From: a bacterium
Lineage (GTDB): Bacteria > Margulisbacteria > WOR-1 > O2-12-FULL-45-9 > XYB2-FULL-48-7
DNA: 59,595 nt
Reading direction: 5' to 3'
Assembly: GCA_043812655.1 (NCBI GenBank)
Contig: JBDRLW010000018.1
Span: forward strand, 1-59,595
The notes under the pieces were generated by a model. It did not search any database. It saw only the letters and a program-made list of their open reading frames with translations, and was not told the DNA's origin. This document shows positions 49,725 through 57,631 of the stretch, piece after piece. The translations under genes were made by a program, and so were the position numbers. Each line of letters opens with the position of its first letter. The first letter of the stretch is position 1.

Positions 49725-51206
49725 TTACCTTGGTGCGACGACGATCGCATTGCTGACGGAGACCGCAGAGCCGCTGACCGGCTGATTGACGACGCGGCCG
49801 TCGATCCACATTGTAGTTGAAGAACCCCCGTCTAAATTCATCGCGTCGACAGCACCCAGGTTTAGCATGAGGTCCGACAGTTCTTCCAGTGTCACCCCAA
49901 TTGAGACTTTATCGCCCCGTTGGCTTTTTTGGCGGGGGAGACCGTCGACCGTAACAAAGAGGAGCTTTCCTTCTTTGGTAATGCCGATCGCCGTCCTGGC
50001 TGCCCGGCCGTTGGCAATATCGGCTTTAAATTTTTCTTCATTCTTAGAGACGTAGGGGATCCCGCTTTTTAGCAACCGGGGACCACCGGAGATCATATGG
50101 AGGATGCTCTTGGGCGAAGAAGCGTAGGGAGCTATTTGAATGTGGACATCAAGCTTATCTCCCGCTTTGACGTTATCAGTTAAGAATTGTGAAGCTGGAC
50201 CGCAGATCGAGAGGACGTAGCCATCTGGCGGAATGGTCGAATCACCATTTTTAATTTCTTTAACAACTGAGCCGCTAATGATCAGCTCAATACCATTATT
50301 GTTTGTTCCGGTTTTTTCACCCCAGGCGGGAGTGTAAAGCACGATCGAAGCACCATCTTGCCCCTGATTGACACCGGTAATGTTATAGCGGACGCCTTTT
50401 TTAGTCTTAAAATAGCAGTCAATTAAAATGTTATCAATTATGGCTTGCCGATCGTCGGTTAAGATCAGGGCGGTCCTGTTATAGACCGGCGAAGAGACAA
50501 GCTCTTTATCGATCAAAAGGGTGCCCAGCGGCTTGCCAGTATAGGCAAAATAGGTCCCGTTAATCGCGGCGATCGCCCCTTGGTCTTCGGCGATCGTGCC
50601 GACCCTAGCCCGAAAAAAATGTTTGTTAGAGGGGGCTTCTTTCCATGGGTTAAGGAGGTTAATAAAAGAAGAGAAAGCGTTGGCTTTATCTTTCCGGGCT
50701 AAGGCCGGAAAAGTGTCGACTTTGCTGGGGTCGATCTTTAGGACATGGGAAATAACCCGGCCGTTAGGCGTGCTTTTTAAGACCTTTAAATGTTCCAGCC
50801 CGTCAATAATCGTGCCGCCGGAGATCAAATTGGTGTATTCGCGGTTAAAGTCGATAACAAGCCTATCGGGATCGCTAAGATAAAATATATTATAAGGGAC
50901 AGGCTCATAGAGGGGGATCGAGACCTTTAACCCATCGTCTTCTTTTTCAACCTCAAGGTAACGGATGATAATGTCGTTAAAATCAATATAATTTTGAATA
51001 TCCCCGGTCGCTTCGCATTTGGGGAGGTGGACGATGATCTTTTCTTTTGATTCATCAAGCTTATAGGAGAATTCAGAGTCAAGGTCAAGGACGATCCTGA
51101 TCTTTTCCGGATAATATCCAAGCCTGATCTTATAAAGCTTGGCCGCCTGGCTTGCCGTGCCAAGCAGAAAAAAGAGCAGGATAAAAGGCAAAGCTTTTTT
51201 CATCAT
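49725..51206 (-). CDS. Exported phosphodiester glycosidase family (NAGPA/DUF2233) protein with AMIN-like domain
   Basis: Signal peptide, RIVLDL/PDRLVIDF, AINGTYF, GGPRLL, ARTAIG, NLDGGSST. Confidence 0.88.
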   Translation of the reverse strand: MMKKALPFILLFFLLGTASQAAKLYKIRLGYYPEKIRIVLDLDSEFSYKLDESKEKIIVHLPKCEATGDIQNYIDFNDIIIRYLEVEKEDDGLKVSIPLYEPVPYNIFYLSDPDRLVIDFNREYTNLISGGTIIDGLEHLKVLKSTPNGRVISHVLKIDPSKVDTFPALARKDKANAFSSFINLLNPWKEAPSNKHFFRARVGTIAEDQGAIAAINGTYFAYTGKPLGTLLIDKELVSSPVYNRTALILTDDRQAIIDNILIDCYFKTKKGVRYNITGVNQGQDGASIVLYTPAWGEKTGTNNNGIELIISGSVVKEIKNGDSTIPPDGYVLSICGPASQFLTDNVKAGDKLDVHIQIAPYASSPKSILHMISGGPRLLKSGIPYVSKNEEKFKADIANGRAARTAIGITKEGKLLFVTVDGLPRQKSQRGDKVSIGVTLEELSDLMLNLGAVDAMNLDGGSSTTMWIDGRVVNQPVSGSAVSVSNAIVVAPR

Positions 51207-51232
51207 TTTGATTGTGATATTATAACATCGCT

Positions 51233-52759
51233 ATGAGCCAAGATAAACAGCGAGAGAGGTGGGGGACGAAGCTGGGGATAATTTTAGCCGTAGCGGGGTC
51301 GGCTGTTGGCCTTGGCAATTTCTTGCGTTTTCCGGTCCAAGCCGCCCAGAACGGCGGCGGCGCTTTCATGATCCCGTACTTTATTTCTTTTCTTCTCCTT
51401 GGCATTCCGCTGATGTGGATCGAATGGGCGATCGGGCGCTACGGCGGGCTTTTTGGCCATGGCAGCGCGCCGTTCATCCTTGATCGGATCTGGAAAAACC
51501 GGGTGGTAAAATATCTTGGGGTGATCGGGATCTTTGGCCCGGTCGTGATCTTTATTTATTATACCTATATCGAATCTTGGCTCCTTGGATACGCTTTTTT
51601 CGCGGTTACCGGACAACTCTTCTCAATTAATACGCCCGAAGGGATGAAAGGATTCCTGGCCGCTTATCAAGGCTTAGCGCCAGGCAGCAACATTTGGACC
51701 GCTTACACCTTTTTTATCATTACTTTTTGCTTGAATTTTTACTTTCTTTACCGGGGGATAGCTGACGGGATAGAAAAGTTTTGTAAGATAGCATTGCCAG
51801 TCCTTTTTTTCTTTGGGTTCATTATTATGATCAGAGTATTAACGCTGCCTGGCATTACTGTCGGCTTGGGGTATATGTGGAACCCCGATTTTTCGGTTTT
51901 AACGAGTGCCAAGGTTTGGCTGGCGGCGGCGGGGCAGATCTTTTTTACTTTAAGCGTTGGCATTGGCGCGATCTTAACTTATGCCAGTTATTTAAAGCGG
52001 GGAGATGATGTTGTTCTTTCCGGTCTCACGGCGGCTTCGACCAACGGGTTAGCTGAAGTGATACTTGGGGGCTCAATTATTATTCCGGCCGCTTTTCTTT
52101 TTTTGGGCGCGGCGGGAGCGGCCGCGGCGGCGGGGAGCGGAGCCTTCAACCTTGGATTTGTGACGATGCCTTTGATCTTTAACCAGATCCCATTCGGGTC
52201 TTTCTTAGCCATCCTCTGGTTTACCCTCCTTTTTCTGGCCGGCATTACCTCTTCGGTTTCGCTGGCCGAGCCGGCGGTCGCTTTTGTGTCCGATGAATTT
52301 GGGCTGGAGAGAAAAAGGGCGGTGAAGCGGTTAGGGATAGTCCTGTTTCTATTATGCCAACTGCCGATCTTCTTCCTCGGGAACGGGGTCGTCGATGAGC
52401 TTGATTTTTGGGGCGGGACTTTTTGCCTGGTCCTTTTTGGAACGATCGAAGTGGTTTTGTTCGCCTGGGTTTTTGGGATAGAAAAAGCTTGGGCGGAGAT
52501 CCATCACGGGGCGGAAATGAAGATCCCGGGTTTTTATAAGCCGATCATTAAATATGTGACGCCTACTTTTCTCTTTTTGATCCTGGGCTTTTGGTTCATC
52601 CAGCAGGGACTGCCGGTCATAATGATGCAAGGAGTGGCGGAAGCGCAAAAGCCTTACGTGCTGGCGACCCGGATCGGACTGCTCTTATTATTTTTAGCGA
52701 TCGCCTACTTGGTTCGCAAGGCGTGGTATAGGAAAAAAGCCTTGGGAGAAGTAGAATGA
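51233..52759 (+). CDS. Sodium-dependent transporter, NSS/SNF family (LeuT-like)
   Basis: RERWGTKLGIILAVAGSAVGLGNFLRFP, GGGAFMIPY, GQIFFTLS. Confidence 0.95.
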   Translation: MSQDKQRERWGTKLGIILAVAGSAVGLGNFLRFPVQAAQNGGGAFMIPYFISFLLLGIPLMWIEWAIGRYGGLFGHGSAPFILDRIWKNRVVKYLGVIGIFGPVVIFIYYTYIESWLLGYAFFAVTGQLFSINTPEGMKGFLAAYQGLAPGSNIWTAYTFFIITFCLNFYFLYRGIADGIEKFCKIALPVLFFFGFIIMIRVLTLPGITVGLGYMWNPDFSVLTSAKVWLAAAGQIFFTLSVGIGAILTYASYLKRGDDVVLSGLTAASTNGLAEVILGGSIIIPAAFLFLGAAGAAAAAGSGAFNLGFVTMPLIFNQIPFGSFLAILWFTLLFLAGITSSVSLAEPAVAFVSDEFGLERKRAVKRLGIVLFLLCQLPIFFLGNGVVDELDFWGGTFCLVLFGTIEVVLFAWVFGIEKAWAEIHHGAEMKIPGFYKPIIKYVTPTFLFLILGFWFIQQGLPVIMMQGVAEAQKPYVLATRIGLLLLFLAIAYLVRKAWYRKKALGEVE

Positions 52760-52863
52760 CGATTTACGGTTGGATATTTTTAATTATCTCGTGGAGTTTT
52801 ATCATCGGCCTTTGCCTTTATTGTTTCTATCGGGTGCTTAAGGAGCCTGAAGCAGAGTTGTAA
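52756..52863 (+). CDS. Single-TM small protein, possible MetS-like NSS accessory subunit
   Basis: MTIYGWIFLIISWSFIIGLCLYCFYRVLKEPEAEL; ATGA overlap with the transporter stop; GGAG upstream. Confidence 0.65.
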   Translation: MTIYGWIFLIISWSFIIGLCLYCFYRVLKEPEAEL

Positions 52864-53689
52864 CTTCTTTGATCACCCACTCCGGCGTGGAGGCCCCGGC
52901 AGTGATCCCGATCTTGGCTTTTCCTTTAATCCAGTTCTTATCCAGTTCATCAGCTGTTTGGATCTGGTGGGTTTCGGTCCCGGTCTGGGAGCAAAGCTCG
53001 GCCAAGCGTTTGGTATTGGCGCTCATCTTATCCCCGATCACCAGCATTAACTCAACTTTCTGGGCTAGCTCGACCGCGGTATTCTGACGCTTGGAAGTGG
53101 CGCCGCAAATGGTTTTGTGGACGACCAGCTCTTTAAATTTACCGCGGAGTGCTTTAACGATCGCGTCAAAATTCGCTTCTGATTGGGTAGTCTGGGCGAC
53201 CACGCCGATCCCAGACTGGAAAAAATTAAGAGATTCAATGCCGGCCAGATCTTCCGGGGTTTGCACCACTAATGAGTTTGTCCCCGCCCAACCTAGCAAT
53301 CCTTTGACTTCAGGATGCCCTTCGTCGCCAATGATAATAACGGTCATCCCTTTGTCGGCCAGTTCTTTGGCTAAATGCTGGGCTTTTTTTACCCAGGGGC
53401 AGGTGGTGTCGATGATTTCTAGCTTCAGTTTTTTTGCTTCATTGTAGACTTCGGGAGAAACACCGTGGGCGGAGATCAGCAGGCTTCCTTTGATGCCGGT
53501 AGGAATCTCGGATAAAGACTTGACGGTTTTGATCCCGGCGTTTTTTAGCTTTTCCACCACCTGGGAATTATGGACCAGATTACCAAGCATGTAGACCGGC
53601 TTTCCGGTTTTAGTCTGTTCCAGGGCGATCCGATAGGCCCGTTCAACCCCTTCGCAAAAACCGGCGTGCTCGGCGATCAATATTTGCAT
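52838..53689 (-). CDS. ispH: 4-hydroxy-3-methylbut-2-enyl diphosphate reductase
   Basis: GFCEGV, VHN, SAHG, DTTCPWV, HPEV, TICGAT, TAGASTP. Confidence 0.97.
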   Translation of the reverse strand: MQILIAEHAGFCEGVERAYRIALEQTKTGKPVYMLGNLVHNSQVVEKLKNAGIKTVKSLSEIPTGIKGSLLISAHGVSPEVYNEAKKLKLEIIDTTCPWVKKAQHLAKELADKGMTVIIIGDEGHPEVKGLLGWAGTNSLVVQTPEDLAGIESLNFFQSGIGVVAQTTQSEANFDAIVKALRGKFKELVVHKTICGATSKRQNTAVELAQKVELMLVIGDKMSANTKRLAELCSQTGTETHQIQTADELDKNWIKGKAKIGITAGASTPEWVIKEVTTLLQAP

Positions 53690-53721
53690 GCAGACATTAT
53701 AAACGAATTATTAAATAAAGT

Positions 53722-53748
53722 GAAATCCCCCAAAAAACCGGAGGATAT
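53722..53748 (+). promoter_or_regulatory. sigma28/SigD-like promoter candidate
   Basis: AAAGTGAAA-N15-GAGGATAT, 9 nt above ATG 53758. Confidence 0.55.
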
Positions 53749-53757
53749 TTAAATGTT

Positions 53758-54312
53758 ATGGGACCAACAAGAAGAATTGTATCCAGTCCTTGGCTGGTGT
53801 CGAAAGAAACAGGCGATTTGGATCGTTGCCCTTCAAGGCGGGATGTGACGCGTCAAAGGTTAAGGGCCTTCGGCCGAGAGATGAGACTACGGCTGGAGAA
53901 TGAAGACAAAGCAAGACGGTTTACTCTAATAGATCCCGGAAATATCGCTGACCAAGGATTGAATTCTTTGTGCGTAAATAATAAGGTTTACCGTTTGCGC
54001 AACAAGATAAAGGTTTACGGTTGTGCAAGTGCCGGCGCAATGGAGAGAGTGTTAACCTTTCTGAATAATAGAAAAGGCGCCTATCAACTTAAATTATCGG
54101 GTTGGGTGGAAGTGAATCCCGTGCGAAGAGAAGATAGTGGAATGGGAAGCGTAAGGATCGATAATATGTATGACAAGGAAGAGAGTGGCTATCTTGAAGT
54201 TGATCAGGTGCATGGTTGGCCAAAAGATTTGGCCAGAAGCATCAAAAAAGCAGAGGATGCCGGCGTACCTAAGTTTTTTGGCTTTTTAGTCCAGGTAAAA
54301 CCGCGTTCGTGA
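53758..54312 (+). CDS. Orphan hypothetical protein
   Basis: 184-aa ORF antiparallel between dapL and ispH. Confidence 0.7.
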   Translation: MGPTRRIVSSPWLVSKETGDLDRCPSRRDVTRQRLRAFGREMRLRLENEDKARRFTLIDPGNIADQGLNSLCVNNKVYRLRNKIKVYGCASAGAMERVLTFLNNRKGAYQLKLSGWVEVNPVRREDSGMGSVRIDNMYDKEESGYLEVDQVHGWPKDLARSIKKAEDAGVPKFFGFLVQVKPRS

Positions 54313-54321
54313 AAATAAAGT

Positions 54322-54348
54322 GAAATTTCCGCCAAAACGTGCCGATAT
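54322..54348 (+). promoter_or_regulatory. sigma28/SigD-like promoter, best match in the window
   Basis: GAAA-N15-GCCGATAT (SigD consensus TAAA-N15-GCCGATAT). Confidence 0.7.
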
Positions 54349-54353
54349 ATATG

Positions 54354-54421
54354 TAGAAGAGACCATACCTTTCACTGATTGTCGAGACAACTAAACCTCC
54401 GAGCCTGTTCGGAGGTTTTTT
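54354..54421 (+). ncRNA. Candidate small RNA (~70 nt)
   Basis: Lies between a sigma28-like promoter and an intrinsic terminator; no ORF; 5' end approximate. Confidence 0.45.
54393..54421 (+). terminator. Intrinsic terminator
   Basis: AAACCTCCGA-GCCTGT-TCGGAGGTTT followed by a T-run. Confidence 0.85.
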
Positions 54422-54422
54422 G

Positions 54423-55589
54423 TTAGGCGTGGATGCCTTCTTTTGCCATTCGTTTGATCGCTTCCGCGATCCGCTCTTTCGGTAAAGTAATGGCCATTCT
54501 AATATAGCCTTCACCAGACGGGCCGTAGCCGCTACCGGGGACGACCAAGATACCGCATTGCACAAGCAGTTTTTCGGTGAAAGAGTTGGAAGTTTCACCC
54601 TTAGGGACTGGGATCCACATATAAAAAGTTGCTTTGGGCTTTTCGAGCTTCCAGCCGAGCGAATTCAAGCCATCGATCAAGACATTCCGCCGTTCTTCAA
54701 ATACTTTGTTATTTTGCTTAACACATTCTTGCGAACCAGAGAGGGCCTCGATTGCCGCGTATTGAACCGCTTTAAACGCGCCGCTGTCGATATTTGATTT
54801 AATGGTTGCCAAGGCTTGGATCGCTTCTTTGTTGCCGACCGCCATGCCGATCCGCCAACCGGTCATGTTGTAGGTTTTCGAGAGCGAATGGAACTCAATC
54901 GTAACTTCTTTGGCTCCGGGAATTTCTAAAATGCTGGTTGGTTGGTATCCATCGTAGCCCATTTCAGAATAAGCCAGGTCGGAAACGAGCAAAAGATCGT
55001 TCTTTTTAGCAAAAGCTGCGCACTTGGCCAGGAAATCTTTGTTAGCTACCGCACCAGTTGGATTATTCGGGTAATTAATAAAAAGGAGTTTTGCTCTTTT
55101 TAAAATATCGGCTGGGATTTTATCAAGCTCGGGAAGAAATTTATTTTTTGCTGTTAATGGCAGGAGATATGGTTCTCCTCCAGCCAAGGTGGTGCAGATC
55201 TTATAAACTGGGTATGAAGGATCGGGGACTAGTGAGACGTCGCCGGCGTCAATAAAACAGAGTGGAAGATGGGCTAACCCTTCTTTAGATCCGATCAAGG
55301 CGCAAACTTCTGTGGCCGGATCAAGGTCGACATTAAAACGTTTTTTGTACCAATCCGCAACTGCTTTCCTGAAGCTTAATTCACCTTTTGACGTTGGGTA
55401 ATTGGCAGACGACTTAGAATTTAGGACCTCGGACATTTTCTTGATGATATGTTCCGGTGTCGGCAGGTCAGGATCGCCAATCCCAAAATCGATAACATCA
55501 ATTCCTTGTTTTTCCAGCTCCGCTTTCTTCTCTTCGATCTTAACAAAGAGGTAAGGGGGGATCAGCTTTAATCTTTTAGATAATTTCAT
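54423..55589 (-). CDS. dapL: LL-diaminopimelate aminotransferase
   Basis: IPPYLF, GIGDPDLPTP, GSKEG, NYPNNPTGA, EFHSLSKTYNMTGWRIG; adjacent to dapF. Confidence 0.88.
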   Translation of the reverse strand: MKLSKRLKLIPPYLFVKIEEKKAELEKQGIDVIDFGIGDPDLPTPEHIIKKMSEVLNSKSSANYPTSKGELSFRKAVADWYKKRFNVDLDPATEVCALIGSKEGLAHLPLCFIDAGDVSLVPDPSYPVYKICTTLAGGEPYLLPLTAKNKFLPELDKIPADILKRAKLLFINYPNNPTGAVANKDFLAKCAAFAKKNDLLLVSDLAYSEMGYDGYQPTSILEIPGAKEVTIEFHSLSKTYNMTGWRIGMAVGNKEAIQALATIKSNIDSGAFKAVQYAAIEALSGSQECVKQNNKVFEERRNVLIDGLNSLGWKLEKPKATFYMWIPVPKGETSNSFTEKLLVQCGILVVPGSGYGPSGEGYIRMAITLPKERIAEAIKRMAKEGIHA

Positions 55590-55603
55590 GGTTTTCCTTC
55601 TGG

Positions 55604-56404
55604 TTATTGAATATATTCTCCTTCAAACACTTTTTCCGCCGGGCCGCGCATCAGGACATGGTCATCATCGGTCCATTCGATGTCTAAATTTCCGCCGGGA
55701 AGGTGGACGATTGCGCGTCTCCCGATTTTACCAGCTTTGTGGGCTGCGACAACGGAAGCGCAAGCACCGGTACCGCAAGCCAGCGTTTCTCCCGCTCCCC
55801 GTTCCCAGACCACAACTTCGATCTCCTTATCATTGATGATCTGAACGAATTCGACATTAGTCCGGTTGGGGAAGTGGGGATCATTTTCGATTAACGGACC
55901 GACAACAGGCAAATCTATGCTTTCTAATTTGCCTGTAAAAATAACGGCATGCGGATTTCCCATCGAGACTTCGGTGATGTCGAAGGTGAAGTTGGGAGTT
56001 CGGAGTTGGGAGTTCGGACATAATTTTGGAACACCCATATCAACCTCAACTGCCACCACCTTGCCATCTTGGAGAATTACTGCTGGGAGCATGGTGCCGG
56101 CTAAGGTTTCAACCGAAATCACTTCTTCTTTTAGTTGGTCGGTTTCGTAAACGTATTTGGCGAAACAGCGGATCCCATTGCCGCACATTTCAGCTTCACT
56201 GCCGTCAGGATTGAGGACTTGCATCCGGTAGTGCGCTTTCTCTGAAGGCCGAACGATCAACAAACCATCAGCCCCGATGCCGAAGTGCCGGTCGCAGGTG
56301 GAGATTGCCAATTGTTTAAGGTCGACGCCGTCCAGTTTAACTTTCCGGCTGTCGATCAAAACAAAGTCGTTGCCGAGCCCGTGAAATTTAGAAAAATGAA
56401 GCAT
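55604..56404 (-). CDS. dapF: Diaminopimelate epimerase
   Basis: HGLGNDF, EMCGNGIRC, GNPH, ERGAGETLACGTG. Confidence 0.98.
   Translation of the reverse strand: MLHFSKFHGLGNDFVLIDSRKVKLDGVDLKQLAISTCDRHFGIGADGLLIVRPSEKAHYRMQVLNPDGSEAEMCGNGIRCFAKYVYETDQLKEEVISVETLAGTMLPAVILQDGKVVAVEVDMGVPKLCPNSQLRTPNFTFDITEVSMGNPHAVIFTGKLESIDLPVVGPLIENDPHFPNRTNVEFVQIINDKEIEVVVWERGAGETLACGTGACASVVAAHKAGKIGRRAIVHLPGGNLDIEWTDDDHVLMRGPAEKVFEGEYIQ
55990..56018. repeat. (AGTTSGG)x4 tandem repeat inside dapF
   Basis: AGTTGGG AGTTCGG AGTTGGG AGTTCGG; encodes PNSQLRTPN on the minus strand. Confidence 0.8.
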
Positions 56405-56741
56405 TGGTTGTCTCCGATTCCCAAATGGTGACCTTAGAAACAGATTTAAAAACTTTTTTCAGTTTTTTATGGATCAACGCGGCTAAATTTTCGGAAGTCG
56501 GGTTGATCGCTTGGAACGGGGCGACCTCGTTTAAATAATTGTGGTCATAATCTTTAAGCGTTTCTTTGAGCTCTTTCCTGATCACTTTAAAATCTTCGAG
56601 CAAGCCTAAGCGATTTAATTTTTCTCCTTGTAAATAAACTTGGACTTTCCAAGTGTGGCCATGGAGGTTCTCGCAGGGGCCTTCATACTCCCGCAAAGCG
56701 TGCGCGGCGTCAAAAGTTTCTTCGACCATTAGCTCGAACAT
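56388..56741 (-). CDS. queD: 6-carboxytetrahydropterin synthase
   Basis: FDAAH, CENLHGHTW, DHNYLNE, PTSEN, WESE. Confidence 0.93.
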   Translation of the reverse strand: MFELMVEETFDAAHALREYEGPCENLHGHTWKVQVYLQGEKLNRLGLLEDFKVIRKELKETLKDYDHNYLNEVAPFQAINPTSENLAALIHKKLKKVFKSVSKVTIWESETTNASFF

Positions 56742-56743
56742 GA

Positions 56744-57631
56744 CTACATTATAACATGCTTAGCGTGGGTGATGGGACGGCCAAGAAGGCGCGAACCGAC
56801 TTCGAGGAATTGGTTGAGCGGTCCGGTGACCAGATATTCGTGCTTAGCTATGGAATTTAAGGGTTTAAGTGTTCCTAAGTCCTTCAAAAGTTTTTTTGTT
56901 TCCCGGGCGGTCTCTTCGGCCGGGTCGACTAATTTGACTGATTGGCCAGCTTGTTCCTGGATTAATCTAGCTAAATGAGGATAGTGGGTACAGCCTAAGA
57001 TGATCGTGTCAACCCCGGCTGCTTTTAGAGGTTTTAAATATTCTTTGATCACTTGCCGGGTTTCGTCGGTTTCGGTCAAACCCCTTTCGATCAGTGGAAC
57101 AAAAAGGGGACAGGCGACGGCGGTAACTTCGAGGTCAGGCCGGAGGGATCTTAAGATCTCTTGGTAAGCGCCGGAATTGACCGTTCCGACCGTAGCCATG
57201 ACCCCGATCTTACCGGTCTTAGTTGCTTCGAGCGCCGCTTTTGATCCGGGCATAATTAAATTTATAAGATGAACTTTATAGCGGTCTTTTAAAACCGGAT
57301 AAGCGATCGCTGATGAAGTCCCGCAGGCCATGACGATCAGCTTGGCGCCGTGATCGATCAGATACGGAATTATCTCCTCATTGATTTTGACGATCTCCTC
57401 CGGTGGCCTGTTCCCATAAGGAACTCTGGCGGTATCGGCGAAATAAATAATGTCCTCATGAGGGAGCTGTCGCATGATCTCGGCCAAGACGGTCAAGCCG
57501 CCGACGCCGGAATCAAAAATGCCGATAGGGGAGGAAGGGGCGACTTTATTCGCCTCCGGTTTTTCACCGGCAGCTTTGTCGGTTATCCTGCCCGTGGCGA
57601 TCTTTCTGATACTACTTATTTCGGAAATAAT
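56744..57631 (-). CDS. murI: Glutamate racemase (start codon uncertain, probably non-canonical ATT)
   Basis: PIGIFDSGVGGLTV, PYG, ACGTSS, LGCTHYP; frame open to 57634 with no ATG/GTG/TTG upstream of the FDSG motif. Confidence 0.9.
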   Translation of the reverse strand: MISEISSIRKIATGRITDKAAGEKPEANKVAPSSPIGIFDSGVGGLTVLAEIMRQLPHEDIIYFADTARVPYGNRPPEEIVKINEEIIPYLIDHGAKLIVMACGTSSAIAYPVLKDRYKVHLINLIMPGSKAALEATKTGKIGVMATVGTVNSGAYQEILRSLRPDLEVTAVACPLFVPLIERGLTETDETRQVIKEYLKPLKAAGVDTIILGCTHYPHLARLIQEQAGQSVKLVDPAEETARETKKLLKDLGTLKPLNSIAKHEYLVTGPLNQFLEVGSRLLGRPITHAKHVIM

